IMG/VR virus record: IMGVR_UViG_3300045740_000123
Span: 21,145-85,144 of that record
Origin: a virus
Strand: one strand, 5' to 3'
DNA: 64,000 bases
This document shows, piece by piece, positions 1-9,801 of the stretch. A program made the translations under genes and the position numbers. Below the pieces are notes generated by a model that was not told the DNA's origin, ran no database searches, and saw nothing but the letters and a program-made list of their open reading frames with translations. How positions within the stretch are numbered: position 1 is the stretch's first letter; each line of letters starts with the position of its first letter.

Positions 1-148
1 CTGTTTTTTTAGTTGATTTGTACTTACGTGCTTTATCTAAAGCAGCCTTACGCTTTTCTTTATCACTCATCTCAGAACCATCTGCGTTCTTGGCTTCCTT
101 TTTGCGGAAGTGTTCAAGAAGCTGAGGAGGCATTTTGCCTTTTGCCAT
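1..148 (-). CDS. small basic hypothetical protein, runs off the window edge
   Basis: ATG at 146-148 (minus) reads MAKGKMPPQLLEHFRKKEAK...; same strand as the neighbouring block; not in the ORF track. Confidence 0.6.
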   Translation of the reverse strand, partial: MAKGKMPPQLLEHFRKKEAKNADGSEMSDKEKRKAALDKARKYKSTKKT

Positions 149-179
149 GACAGTTGTTTTTCTTTATTTTAACTTATTT

Positions 180-716
180 TTATTCTTCTAATTGCATACG
201 AGCCCAGACACTCATTGTTGCTTCATGTAGTGGGGCTTCGATGGGATCATCTTTGAAGATGAACATCAACTCACGAATGGCGCGATCTGCTCCAGCCATT
301 AGAAGGCCCTTACGATCTTTGCCGGATGTATATTGTTCAACTTGATTGATGGTTCCACGTAATTCTTTTTGCATGGCAGCAATACGCGCCACGCCAGAAT
401 CACGTTTCACGGCAAGGTTCTCAATGTCATCCCTAAGACGACGAATATCCTCTCGCATCTGCTCAATCTCATCTAAGAGCATTTTGCGGTGGTCTGGCTT
501 TGGATACCGTTCTTCTATCCAGGTTTCACAGGAAGGGATGCTTCCTACATAACCAAGGAATCTGGCATAAAGGAACGTCTCAATGACAGAGTAATTTTCT
601 TTAGCAAAAGAATGGAAGGATTCCTGGACGCTTTTATCCAGGGAATCCAACCACTCTTGAAAACATTCAGAAGAAGTCAAAGCAGAGCTTTGCCTTTTAG
701 TTGAAAATTTTAGCAT
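180..716 (-). CDS. hypothetical phage protein with coiled-coil segment
   Basis: 178-aa ORF abutting the upstream gene; no motif recognised. Confidence 0.75.
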   Translation of the reverse strand: MLKFSTKRQSSALTSSECFQEWLDSLDKSVQESFHSFAKENYSVIETFLYARFLGYVGSIPSCETWIEERYPKPDHRKMLLDEIEQMREDIRRLRDDIENLAVKRDSGVARIAAMQKELRGTINQVEQYTSGKDRKGLLMAGADRAIRELMFIFKDDPIEAPLHEATMSVWARMQLEE

Positions 717-1576
717 CAGAAACGATATGCACCTGCTGCTTTCAAATAATCTCGGCTGCGATCACGCTCAGAGAATTCCTGAAGCTGCTGCTTTTGTTCT
801 TCTTGAGAAGTCTGGAGTTTCTGCAGAAGGTCGGTAAACAGTTTCGGATCAAAAGCAGTTGATGCGTTTTGTTGTTGCAGATAACCTGCCAAATCAAACG
901 AAGGTTCTGGAGGAGCCGGAGGCTCCTGACCACCTTGTTCCTTAAGTGCCTTCATTTCTTCTGTCAAACTCTCAAAGAGTGTCTTGAGTTCGTCCAGCTG
1001 TGTCGGCTCTGTTGCCACCTCTGTTGTTGTGGTAGTTTTAGGAGGGGCAGCTTCAGGCGTTTCAATGGCAGGAGTCTTGGTTTTGTTTTTGCGAACAAAG
1101 TCACGAACGCGCTGCAATTCTTTCTTGCTGTCGATTTTTCCAAAACCTAAAGTCTTGGCTGCATCTAAGTAAGCAGGATTTTTATTTGCATCTCTTAAAT
1201 TTTTATTTAAACCGTCTTTACCTGCTTTGCCTATTGGGAGGCCAATACCCGGTAAAGTTTTTGGTGTTTTGTTTTGTTTTGATTGAGTTGAAGCCGCTTG
1301 CTTAGCCTTGCCTGGTTTTGTTCCTTGCAGAACATTCAGGATGGATTTATAAGTTTTAGGGTTTGTTACGGAAGCTTTGGCCGGGGCAGCTCCAGGGATG
1401 GTGTTCCTGGCAGTTCCCGTCGCAGCCGGAGAGCTTGCTTTTGCTGCTGGAGCACTTGCACGTGCTGCGGGGGCTGAAGCCTTGGCACCACCTCCTGCCT
1501 TAGCGCCACCTCCTCCCTTGGCACCGCCGCCTCCCTTGGCACCACCACCGCCTTTTCCGCCGCCGCCTTTAGCCAT
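716..1576 (-). CDS. Lys/Gly/Ala-rich hypothetical protein (basic N-terminus, acidic C-terminus)
   Basis: 286-aa ORF with (GGGAKG)n N-terminal repeats. Confidence 0.75.
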   Translation of the reverse strand: MAKGGGGKGGGGAKGGGGAKGGGGAKAGGGAKASAPAARASAPAAKASSPAATGTARNTIPGAAPAKASVTNPKTYKSILNVLQGTKPGKAKQAASTQSKQNKTPKTLPGIGLPIGKAGKDGLNKNLRDANKNPAYLDAAKTLGFGKIDSKKELQRVRDFVRKNKTKTPAIETPEAAPPKTTTTTEVATEPTQLDELKTLFESLTEEMKALKEQGGQEPPAPPEPSFDLAGYLQQQNASTAFDPKLFTDLLQKLQTSQEEQKQQLQEFSERDRSRDYLKAAGAYRF

Positions 1577-1595
1577 GTCTCTTAGGGATTATGGG

Positions 1596-1742
1596 TCAAT
1601 AAGAAGATTGGGTATCGGGTACGTTTTTAAGTTGTTCCCGAGATTTTTTTAGTTGCTCCAGGAGAACTTTAAAGTTCTGCGGATCAAAGGGTGCATTGAT
1701 GGGAGACCCTGGTTTAACAAAAGAAGAAACGGTTTCTTCCAT
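1596..1742 (-). CDS. small hypothetical protein (48 aa)
   Basis: MEETVSSFVKPGSP...QSSY read by hand; fills the gap between two minus-strand genes; TATAAT just upstream. Confidence 0.5.
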   Translation of the reverse strand: MEETVSSFVKPGSPINAPFDPQNFKVLLEQLKKSREQLKNVPDTQSSY

Positions 1743-1776
1743 CTTTAGCAATGGTTTAATTATAACAGTTTAGATA

Positions 1777-2496
1777 TCAAGTAAATGCGTAGCCGATCAA
1801 GCCATATAACGCATTTGCTTGCTGCGTTTGTGCAAGATCTTTTGATGTTTTAGCAGAGATTAAAGCTTGCTCACGCGCAGACTTGGCTTGGATCTTATAA
1901 GGATCAATCTGAGTGGCGTACTCCATCTCAGCAATTGTAGAACCCTGTGCGCTATCTGGGCTTAACCCTGATAAGAAATCTTTGATGGAGGAAACAGGGT
2001 AACCGAAAGGTGACGTAGAAGATTGTTCGCCAGTCTGAGTAACTGTAGGAGTGGTCTTAACGTATTTACCGGTGGCTGGATCAGCTTTGTAGCGACCAGA
2101 TTCGCCAAGAAAACGAGAGACTTGGCCAGATAGCTGCTTACCTAAAAATGTTTGAGCAAGGTAATCTTGTACGTCTTCTTTTGAATAACCTTGACTGGCG
2201 GCTTTTTTAACAGCTTCTGAACTGATGGGGCGACCATAATACCCATCAAACTCAGCAAAACCTGCTTTTTCAAACGCAGATTTTACTTTGCCTGTTAAAG
2301 CAGAAACAGGAACTGCGCCAGAAACTCGGTTTAAGTATTTTTCAAAGCTTTCCCCTTTTTTACCTTTTGTTGCTTTACGAAATTCTTTGTTGCTTATTAC
2401 ATCGTTGGGGCCACGATAACCAACGGATTTACCAATCTTGGCTTGTTTTGCAGAAGAAGGTTTTGCACCTGTTCTAAAAAGTTGTTCTAAACTCAT
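1777..2496 (-). CDS. hypothetical protein, putative virion protein
   Basis: 239-aa ORF in the co-oriented minus-strand block. Confidence 0.7.
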   Translation of the reverse strand: MSLEQLFRTGAKPSSAKQAKIGKSVGYRGPNDVISNKEFRKATKGKKGESFEKYLNRVSGAVPVSALTGKVKSAFEKAGFAEFDGYYGRPISSEAVKKAASQGYSKEDVQDYLAQTFLGKQLSGQVSRFLGESGRYKADPATGKYVKTTPTVTQTGEQSSTSPFGYPVSSIKDFLSGLSPDSAQGSTIAEMEYATQIDPYKIQAKSAREQALISAKTSKDLAQTQQANALYGLIGYAFT

Positions 2497-2542
2497 TGCT
2501 GTCTACCGTGCTACTTATAAGTATAAGATTAGAAAACAAAGA

Positions 2543-3310
2543 TCAGTAATTTAAAGCCGAGGATGGGGTGCTCCGGTTAAAGCGGAATGTACCGGTCATT
2601 GCACCATCAGCTGTGCGATAAGGCATCCCGTACTTGCCGCCATAAGGAAGATTGGCCATGAATGCAAGAGGATTAGAACGAATATATTCTGGGGAACTCA
2701 TCAAAGCAGTGCCAAGGAATTCAGAGAATGCTTCAGGCGTTGCTGCTTTACCAACAGCTTGAGCTGCTTTTTCGTATCCTTGTAATTGACTTTCGCTTAA
2801 TTGGCCCAGGCCAAGTTGTTGCGCAGCAAATTGAGTGAAAGGACGATAGCTTTGTACGGTGCTGGTCGGAGTAATGCCACGGGTTGTTGAAGCAATCTGC
2901 CCTGCCACCTTAAATGTCTCAGGCAGTTTGTAAGCAAGTCCAAAATCTTCAAAACGAGAAGATGCTTCTTGAGGACTTAAGCGACCAGCCCCGACTTGAT
3001 CCGTCAGATATTGAGCGTAATCTCCTGCCTGGCTAAAAATATTTTCTTCCCCTTTGCGTATATCAAATAAAGCACTTAAACCAGTCTCGCTAAGACGCTT
3101 AATCTGTTCCTGGGAAGATGTGCCACCAGATTTAATTTCCCCGGTAGGGAAACCAAACTGATCTAAACGTGGCCTTCCATAAAATTCGGAAGTGCCGCCA
3201 GATTTATCTTTAGCGTCTTTTTCTTGAAAGTAGGAAGAAAGTCCAGGTGCCGCTGGCATTTGGGACTTACTGCCGGAAGTGGGAAAATATGACTTAACAG
3301 GTGCTGGCAT
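2543..3310 (-). CDS. hypothetical protein, putative virion protein
   Basis: 255-aa ORF in the co-oriented block. Confidence 0.7.
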   Translation of the reverse strand: MPAPVKSYFPTSGSKSQMPAAPGLSSYFQEKDAKDKSGGTSEFYGRPRLDQFGFPTGEIKSGGTSSQEQIKRLSETGLSALFDIRKGEENIFSQAGDYAQYLTDQVGAGRLSPQEASSRFEDFGLAYKLPETFKVAGQIASTTRGITPTSTVQSYRPFTQFAAQQLGLGQLSESQLQGYEKAAQAVGKAATPEAFSEFLGTALMSSPEYIRSNPLAFMANLPYGGKYGMPYRTADGAMTGTFRFNRSTPSSALNY

Positions 3311-3347
3311 TTTTTTTACTCAATAATTATTATTTTAACTGAGTAAA

Positions 3348-3857
3348 TTAAAAAAGATTTAACGGCGACACATAACCAGGCATTGCTGAAGATAGTTGTG
3401 CAGCATAATCTTGGACACGATCAAAGCGAGAAAGACCTCGATTGATTGCCATGGCTGGGTTATAGGCCTGGAATTCAGCTTCTTGCTGTGCTTGCTTGAA
3501 CGCATTCAAACGATTTGCGGCGCCACCGGCACCAGTGTTATAACGCTGCGTAAGGTAATCAAAACCAAAGCCAGCCCATTCTTTGGCAAGCTCGCGACGG
3601 GTCGCTTCTTTTGAAGCTTGTTTGGTTGCTTCTGCAGCTTTTTCAGCAGCTTGTTCAGTCGCACTGGCAGCTTTTGACGCACCAAAGATAGAACCAGCTG
3701 CAGAAATACCGGCTGCCGCAAGTGGAATAAGTGGGAAAGCCATGGAAGAACTAGAAGCTGATGTAGTGGTAAAAGGGTTTTTTGATAAAGAATCAGCTAC
3801 ACCAGAAAACTGACCTGCTGTATCTATACCAAAACCGCCATCAAAGGGACCTGCCAT
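3348..3857 (-). CDS. putative DNA pilot/ejection-type protein
   Basis: LIPLAAAGISAAGSIFGASKAASA followed by an Ala-rich helix, a pattern typical of internal virion proteins. Confidence 0.55.
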   Translation of the reverse strand: MAGPFDGGFGIDTAGQFSGVADSLSKNPFTTTSASSSSMAFPLIPLAAAGISAAGSIFGASKAASATEQAAEKAAEATKQASKEATRRELAKEWAGFGFDYLTQRYNTGAGGAANRLNAFKQAQQEAEFQAYNPAMAINRGLSRFDRVQDYAAQLSSAMPGYVSPLNLF

Positions 3858-3880
3858 GACTCAATTATAAAGGTAAAGAA

Positions 3881-4318
3881 TCAACCAAACGTCACACTAC
3901 GACGCACAGGGTTGAACGGAGTGGCACGATAAATATCGGCAATCTGTCCAGGAATGGAGGCCAGAATTTGTTGACGTTGTGGGTTGTAGATCATGGTTGC
4001 AACTGATTCGGCGGTCTTGGGAATCAGGTTGACCAGATCACGCTTCATTTGCATATCAAAAGCTTGCTTGGCTTCTTCGCCACGAAACTCTTTATATACA
4101 TTCATGAGTTCACGTAAACGATCGGGGTCGTTATACATGTCCTCTTTGCGTTGCATTTCAGTAACAAGCCAAGGAAGAATCTGTTTATCCGGATCGTAGG
4201 GGTTATCAGAACGTTCCTGTTGCTGCTGAAGCATTGAACCAAACACGCTTCCGTCCATACCGGAAGAACCTGGTTCATTACCAGCAAGATTGGTAAACGG
4301 TAAGGAGAAAGGTGCCAT
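3881..4318 (-). CDS. hypothetical protein
   Basis: 145-aa ORF in the co-oriented block. Confidence 0.7.
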   Translation of the reverse strand: MAPFSLPFTNLAGNEPGSSGMDGSVFGSMLQQQQERSDNPYDPDKQILPWLVTEMQRKEDMYNDPDRLRELMNVYKEFRGEEAKQAFDMQMKRDLVNLIPKTAESVATMIYNPQRQQILASIPGQIADIYRATPFNPVRRSVTFG

Positions 4319-4329
4319 TGTTATTTATT

Positions 4330-5253
4330 TCAACCGATAGAGATGTTTGGTGAACCTAATGCAACAACATAAGGATTGGTTGCAAGCGCTTGACGCATGG
4401 TAGCGCCACGCTCACGTTGTGCACCAAGAGCAAGGTTGGATTGAGCGCCGACCATCATCTGTTGCAGATAAGCATTGTTCTGGGTATTGATCAATGCTTG
4501 TGCACGAGTCAGCTGATCGTTTGCAAGTTTGGTGGTGATGGGAATCATCGCCCGCTGCATGTCGATCTCTTGCTGATTCTGGAACTGCGTCAAATCTTTA
4601 ATGTTTGACGTAGTCATGCCCATCATGGTGCCGTAATACTCAAGCTGACGCTTTTGGTTACGGTTATCAAAATCTTGTTGGGCAGCAGCATCATTAAGAT
4701 TGATGCGTCCCAGGGGAGTTTCAATGAAACGAGGAGGCTGTGCAACTTCCGTACCGGCTTTACCAGTAGGAGGTTTACCGGTGTAGGCAGAGACTGCAGC
4801 TTCTGCTGCACCGCCGCCAAGCATGCCGCCCAGAGCAGAGCCGGCAAGACCGCCGATTACCGTACCAACGCCAGGAAGCAGGGCAGTACCTAATGCAGCA
4901 CCAGCAGCACCACCTGCTGCGGAACCAACCAGGCCACCTGCTGCTTCAGCTGGACGACCTTCCATCAGGGAAGGGATTGCCATCAGCGCACCACCAGCCA
5001 AGCCACCGCGCAGGCCAGCACGCATTGGTTTATTACGGATATACTCTCCAGCGCCTTTAGCTTTTTCCTGCACAGACTCAAGAGCAGTGCCGGTACCAGC
5101 CTGAAGATTTGCCATGAAATCTTGCAAACCTTGTTGAGCCCGTGCACGGCGGCTCTGAGATGGAGCAGTGCCACCAACCTCCATTACTTCACCGGAGACT
5201 GGATCCCCCATGTAAGTCTTACCGGTGGATGGATCCGTAAAAATGCGAGCCAT
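4330..5253 (-). CDS. glycine-zipper protein, putative ejected/internal virion protein
   Basis: long GxxxG run (AGGAAGAALGTALLPGVGTVIGGLAGSALGG) followed by a Gln-rich helix. Confidence 0.65.
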   Translation of the reverse strand: MARIFTDPSTGKTYMGDPVSGEVMEVGGTAPSQSRRARAQQGLQDFMANLQAGTGTALESVQEKAKGAGEYIRNKPMRAGLRGGLAGGALMAIPSLMEGRPAEAAGGLVGSAAGGAAGAALGTALLPGVGTVIGGLAGSALGGMLGGGAAEAAVSAYTGKPPTGKAGTEVAQPPRFIETPLGRINLNDAAAQQDFDNRNQKRQLEYYGTMMGMTTSNIKDLTQFQNQQEIDMQRAMIPITTKLANDQLTRAQALINTQNNAYLQQMMVGAQSNLALGAQRERGATMRQALATNPYVVALGSPNISIG

Positions 5254-5275
5254 CTATTTGATTATTTCTTATATC

Positions 5276-6190
5276 TTAAATTTTATCAGTACTCATTTCG
5301 TATTCAGCAACTGTTGGTAATTTAGGACGATTACCAGCAGCAATTGCTTCGTTAACAACGTTGCCGGTGGTTACGCCAAGCACAGATCCAACTGCGCCAC
5401 CAATTGCCCCACGAATCGCACGTGTTTTAGGAGTACCTCCACCGGCAGCGGCAATCTTCGCGCCAGCTGTACCAGCAGCAAAACCTCCGACCATCGGAAG
5501 ACTTACAGGGAAACCAAGCATTCGAACTTCTGGATGACCCTGAAGATTCTCCATAGTTCCTTTGACGATACCAAGACCAAGAAGGCCTTTTTCGTTATAT
5601 AAGAAATTAAGGTAGTTACCATAGCGCTCAGGCGTTAAATCGGGAATCTCTTCTTTTGCAGTGGCATACTTTAAGGGGTCGCCAGTACGGCCAAGGAAGA
5701 AGCGTTCAAATAATTCCTGCACTGGTTGCGCAGTTTGTCGACGATCCTCTGCACCTTTTGGAGAATAGGTCTGAGCGTAACCTTCGGGACGAAACTGCTC
5801 TTCTGGATTAGTAATGTCATAGGTACCAGCGGCAGCAACGGCTGGTATGGCAATGGCAAGACCAGCTGCAGCACGGCCGGTAGGTGTGTCGATTTCTTTG
5901 ACGCCTACTTCAGCGGCACGTTGAGCGATAGCAAGAGGATGGTTCCAACGCCACCAGTAGGTTCGCGTGCCGTCGTTACCAACGTCAATCAACATACGTG
6001 AGGTATAAGCACCAAGAAACTGACCAGGGGTTTCACGCGCTGAAATACCTTTTGCTTTGATAGCTTCTTTAAAACGCGGATCTAAAACACTTTCACCATA
6101 TCCAAGTCCCTCACGGACCATACGGATCTGGGCGATGTCTGCTTTTTTAAAACCACGTTTATATTCTTTTAAAAAATTAAGAGGATTCAT
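5276..6190 (-). CDS. hypothetical protein with C-terminal glycine zipper
   Basis: 304-aa ORF with GAIGGAVGSVLG. Confidence 0.7.
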   Translation of the reverse strand: MNPLNFLKEYKRGFKKADIAQIRMVREGLGYGESVLDPRFKEAIKAKGISARETPGQFLGAYTSRMLIDVGNDGTRTYWWRWNHPLAIAQRAAEVGVKEIDTPTGRAAAGLAIAIPAVAAAGTYDITNPEEQFRPEGYAQTYSPKGAEDRRQTAQPVQELFERFFLGRTGDPLKYATAKEEIPDLTPERYGNYLNFLYNEKGLLGLGIVKGTMENLQGHPEVRMLGFPVSLPMVGGFAAGTAGAKIAAAGGGTPKTRAIRGAIGGAVGSVLGVTTGNVVNEAIAAGNRPKLPTVAEYEMSTDKI

Positions 6191-6762
6191 TAGCTTGCTC
6201 CTCCAGCCATAACAAGCTGATCAATGTAACCAGGGGGCAGATTGGGAAGCATCTTGGTTACTTGCTGACGGTAGTCATCAAGGAATGTTTGCTCAATACC
6301 TTGTGCCTGGAATTGTGTGCCAGGGGCAACAGCTTGTGGTACCTGCAGATTATTGATGCCCTGACGTTGCATCATCTGTTGCATGATCTGTTGTTCCTGC
6401 GAAACCTGCGTGGGTTCCACCATCGAAGGAGCAATCAACCTACCTGCAACAGCTTCCGTTACAAAAGGAGAGACTAAGGAACCGCCAAGATTGGCCGCAG
6501 TCTCCAGGCGGGAAGGGACAAGTTCTTCTTCAAACTTGCCTGGTGCCACCTCAACGCGACGTGACTTGGGTGGGCGTAGTTTACGTGCTGCTGCAGTCAG
6601 TGGTAATGCTGTCGCAATATCCCCGAGACCATAAGCCAGGCCCATGCCAGGGCCGCCGGCCATTGCTCCAAACCCTGCAGATAACGCACTGCCCGCTGCA
6701 ACGTTGCCTACAAGATCTTTATTGCGTTTAGCAAAGCTAAGGGCGCGAGCAAACGGGTTCAT
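6190..6762 (-). CDS. hypothetical protein with hydrophobic Gly/Ala N-terminus
   Basis: 190-aa ORF whose stop overlaps the next start. Confidence 0.7.
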   Translation of the reverse strand: MNPFARALSFAKRNKDLVGNVAAGSALSAGFGAMAGGPGMGLAYGLGDIATALPLTAAARKLRPPKSRRVEVAPGKFEEELVPSRLETAANLGGSLVSPFVTEAVAGRLIAPSMVEPTQVSQEQQIMQQMMQRQGINNLQVPQAVAPGTQFQAQGIEQTFLDDYRQQVTKMLPNLPPGYIDQLVMAGGAS

Positions 6763-6797
6763 ATCAATACTCTTTTCTTTATTTTAATTTGAGTAAC

Positions 6798-7331
6798 TCA
6801 AGAAATTTGCGTTCCGCTCTGCACTGTTTCATCTACAGCTGCAGGCAGTTCAGGAATCACCGGAGTGCCACCTTGCTGAACCATGGAACGTAAATAACCA
6901 AATGGATCCATATTGTCCTGACGAGGGAATGGATTTTTAGTTTTATCTTTAGGATCAATGATTGGACTTAAATTATAAAGTTCGTTCCAGGATGGATTGA
7001 AGTCTGGTTGCTGCTCTGGGAAGTTAGGTGTTTTGGGGCGTCCAATGAAAGGATCGTATTCAAAATCTGGAGAGAACCGTCCGAGATCAGGGAACTGAAC
7101 GTAAGGTTCAGCGTTAGGGTCTTCGGAAACAAAGTTGAGTTTATTGCGTGTTAAGCGTTTGTTTGCTACAGCACGCAGCAATTCCGCCTGACCCATGCGA
7201 GATGGTATCCAGGGTGTCTCGGCGGATTGTGGTTTGACTGCATACTGATCGACTAATTTACTTTTACTTTGGGAGTTGTCCGCAAAGTTAATGTAAATAT
7301 TAGGTGTAGTCTTGGGGCGATCTAGTTTCAT
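6798..7331 (-). CDS. Pro-rich hypothetical protein
   Basis: 177-aa ORF with 4-nt overlap to the upstream gene. Confidence 0.65.
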   Translation of the reverse strand: MKLDRPKTTPNIYINFADNSQSKSKLVDQYAVKPQSAETPWIPSRMGQAELLRAVANKRLTRNKLNFVSEDPNAEPYVQFPDLGRFSPDFEYDPFIGRPKTPNFPEQQPDFNPSWNELYNLSPIIDPKDKTKNPFPRQDNMDPFGYLRSMVQQGGTPVIPELPAAVDETVQSGTQIS

Positions 7332-7546
7332 TCAGCTTTTTTCTTCTTATGTAAACCTACAAGAGTTTTACGAAGATTAGCTTGCTTCACAGTTTTTTCA
7401 TCGTATTTATCTGGATTTGATAAAACGTTTTCTTGAAGCTGGGCTGGCGTGATGCCACGGGATTTAGCTTTAGCTGTGAAGGCACCTTCCTTCATCTCCA
7501 TCCCTTGGATCCATTTTTTATCTTTCTTCTTTTCAGCCATGATCAA
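7328..7546 (-). CDS. small basic phage protein
   Basis: KKWIQ...GAFTAKAK...KQANLRKTL; overlaps both neighbours by 4 nt. Confidence 0.7.
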   Translation of the reverse strand: MIMAEKKKDKKWIQGMEMKEGAFTAKAKSRGITPAQLQENVLSNPDKYDEKTVKQANLRKTLVGLHKKKKAE

Positions 7547-9414
7547 ATACCAATGCCAAACTGTTTAAGAACTGATTGGGGATCGCGTCCCTCAATTGTA
7601 GCTCGACGTAATGCTTCGCTTACTTCCAGGGAGCGGCGTTTTTGTTCTGGTGTCGATTTTATTGCCGTTTCAAATTCTGGGTAGCTACCACGGCGTAATG
7701 TCATCTTAGTTTCTTCGCGTTGTAAAGCAGTTGGACGAAGTTCAACATCAGCAATTGGAAAATCACGTGGCTCTACGCCATAAATACCAATGGAAGAACC
7801 AGTTTGAGATTCAGGGTCATACATTGCATAAGTACGGCCGCCACCCGTTTTTTGTTCTTCTAATTGAACGGCGGGACGACCGGTACGAATCTCAAGAGTT
7901 TCAGCAATGGGCTCGCCTGTAGCAGGGTTTATTTCAAAGAAGGGACGAATACCTTCTTGTTTTTGTAGTGGTTTGTACTGTGTGCCAAGTGCTTCCAGGG
8001 AACTCATCCGATCGCGAACATAAGCGCGTTCTGCAAGCGCATCACCTAAATCAACATCAATAGATTCTGGGTTAAGCGATTGCTTTTCATATAACATCTT
8101 ATTGAGCAACTTGGTATAATAACCACCTTGCTCAGGTTCATCCGCTGCAGCAAACCTTAACTGTGGTTCAAGCTGGTCAATTTCTTCCAGGCGGTTAGCA
8201 ATTGCTTGTTTTTGTTCTCCAAGCGCGGAGATGCGGTTGGTTAAATTAATATCTTCTTCAATTAAATCGCCAACAAACTCACCTTGGCCAGTAGGTTGAT
8301 AGAACTTACGGGTTGGAATAGTTTCTTCCAAGAGTTCTGTTTGAACGCGTGGTTGAACAACCAATGGGGATGACGGTGTTGCAGATAGGCGACTTAATAC
8401 GGCTGGATCACCTGTGGATGCATACAGCTCAACAGCTTCTGCAATGGATGGATCCATGCCCATGACACGTTCCCGGCGGTAACGCCCTGGGATAGTGGCA
8501 CCTAATTCTTCAAACTTCGTCTGAAGGAAAGATTGTGCCTGCTCACGAGGGCTAACAGCAGCAGCAGGAAGGAGGGGAATAGTTTGCTGCTGGTTAACTG
8601 CATCGGGAGGAACGGTTGCTTCGCCCCAGGGGTCAGCAATGTTGAGCTTTTTGATAACACGACCGGTCAGTTGATCTTCTCCAGATTCAACTGCGTTAAT
8701 GAATTGATCCGCTGCAGCGGGTGCCTGGATTTTTTGCAGATCAGTCAATGATGTTGATGTTGTCCCAAGGCGTTCAGCTGCACTAAGAAGATCTTGTTGA
8801 GCAGCGATGCGACGTGCAGCCTGCACTTCAGGAGATGGTGGATATTTCTTTTCGAATGCAGCAAGTGCGGCAGAGCGATAACCAGGCTCTGGTTGACGTT
8901 CCCGATAACCAACCCCATACACGCGAGAGGCGGCAGCAGGGAAATTTAACTCCTCTGCAGTGGGTTCAGGCAGTTTAGAAACTAACTGACGCTTATATTG
9001 CTCAAATGCTTCCTCCTCTGTCGGCATTACACTGCGACCAGCAACCTTCGATGGCGCAGGTGGTGGTGTAGAAGGTGCAGGTTCTGCAGCCACACGGCGA
9101 ACAGCCTGCTCCATGTCCGCAAGATTGGCTTGGCGTACACCAGCGGTTGCAGATTTGGCTGGACCTTTCGGGATTTGTTGCCGCCGACTCAGTAATGCCT
9201 TCGCACCAAACCCCGCACCAGCCAATGCACCTAAGCCAAGTGCTGCTGCACCCAGGGCTGCAAGAGGATTTGAGCTTTCTTGCTGTGGTTTAAGTTGATT
9301 ACGGCGAAATTCAAGCACTTCAGGCGCCATTTCCGCCCGTTCTTCCGGACTTTCGGGCACCGGAGCCCCTGTTGCACGGCTATAGGCGTAAAAATCAGCA
9401 GGAGACAGCGCCAT
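7543..9414 (-). CDS. large hypothetical protein, putative internal virion protein
   Basis: 623-aa ORF with one hydrophobic segment near the N-terminus. Confidence 0.75.
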   Translation of the reverse strand: MALSPADFYAYSRATGAPVPESPEERAEMAPEVLEFRRNQLKPQQESSNPLAALGAAALGLGALAGAGFGAKALLSRRQQIPKGPAKSATAGVRQANLADMEQAVRRVAAEPAPSTPPPAPSKVAGRSVMPTEEEAFEQYKRQLVSKLPEPTAEELNFPAAASRVYGVGYRERQPEPGYRSAALAAFEKKYPPSPEVQAARRIAAQQDLLSAAERLGTTSTSLTDLQKIQAPAAADQFINAVESGEDQLTGRVIKKLNIADPWGEATVPPDAVNQQQTIPLLPAAAVSPREQAQSFLQTKFEELGATIPGRYRRERVMGMDPSIAEAVELYASTGDPAVLSRLSATPSSPLVVQPRVQTELLEETIPTRKFYQPTGQGEFVGDLIEEDINLTNRISALGEQKQAIANRLEEIDQLEPQLRFAAADEPEQGGYYTKLLNKMLYEKQSLNPESIDVDLGDALAERAYVRDRMSSLEALGTQYKPLQKQEGIRPFFEINPATGEPIAETLEIRTGRPAVQLEEQKTGGGRTYAMYDPESQTGSSIGIYGVEPRDFPIADVELRPTALQREETKMTLRRGSYPEFETAIKSTPEQKRRSLEVSEALRRATIEGRDPQSVLKQFGIGI

Positions 9415-9534
9415 ATCCTTTAATTACTGAAAAATATTCCTTTTATTCTTTGTATTCTACCTTTTGTCGTTTAAAAAGAGTAAATGTCTTGTAAACTAAA
9501 GAGATATAAAACGTCAATGCGTTTATCAAGGTAA

Positions 9535-9747
9535 ATGGACGCCGAACTCCGAGGAAACCGCGACGCAGTAGAAGGTGCAATTGAGGAAAGCGCACGTAAA
9601 ATGCTGGCGAACGGTTCGAATCCTTTCGAAGTACAAAACTATCGGACGGAAAAGCGCCAGGAATTAGCTCGTGCTATACCTGATACACAGAAATATGCGC
9701 AGGCAACCAACCTTGCTGCACAATTTATTCAAAAGAAAGCAGCATAG
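9535..9747 (+). CDS. hypothetical protein
   Basis: 70-aa ORF with AAGG upstream, followed by a terminator. Confidence 0.65.
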   Translation: MDAELRGNRDAVEGAIEESARKMLANGSNPFEVQNYRTEKRQELARAIPDTQKYAQATNLAAQFIQKKAA

Positions 9748-9775
9748 TACATAACAAAACACATAAAACGTAAGC

Positions 9776-9801
9776 GCCGAGGGTAATACCTCGGCTTTTT
9801 T
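9776..9801 (+). terminator. intrinsic terminator
   Basis: GCCGAGG-gtaata-CCTCGGC followed by a T6 tract. Confidence 0.8.
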
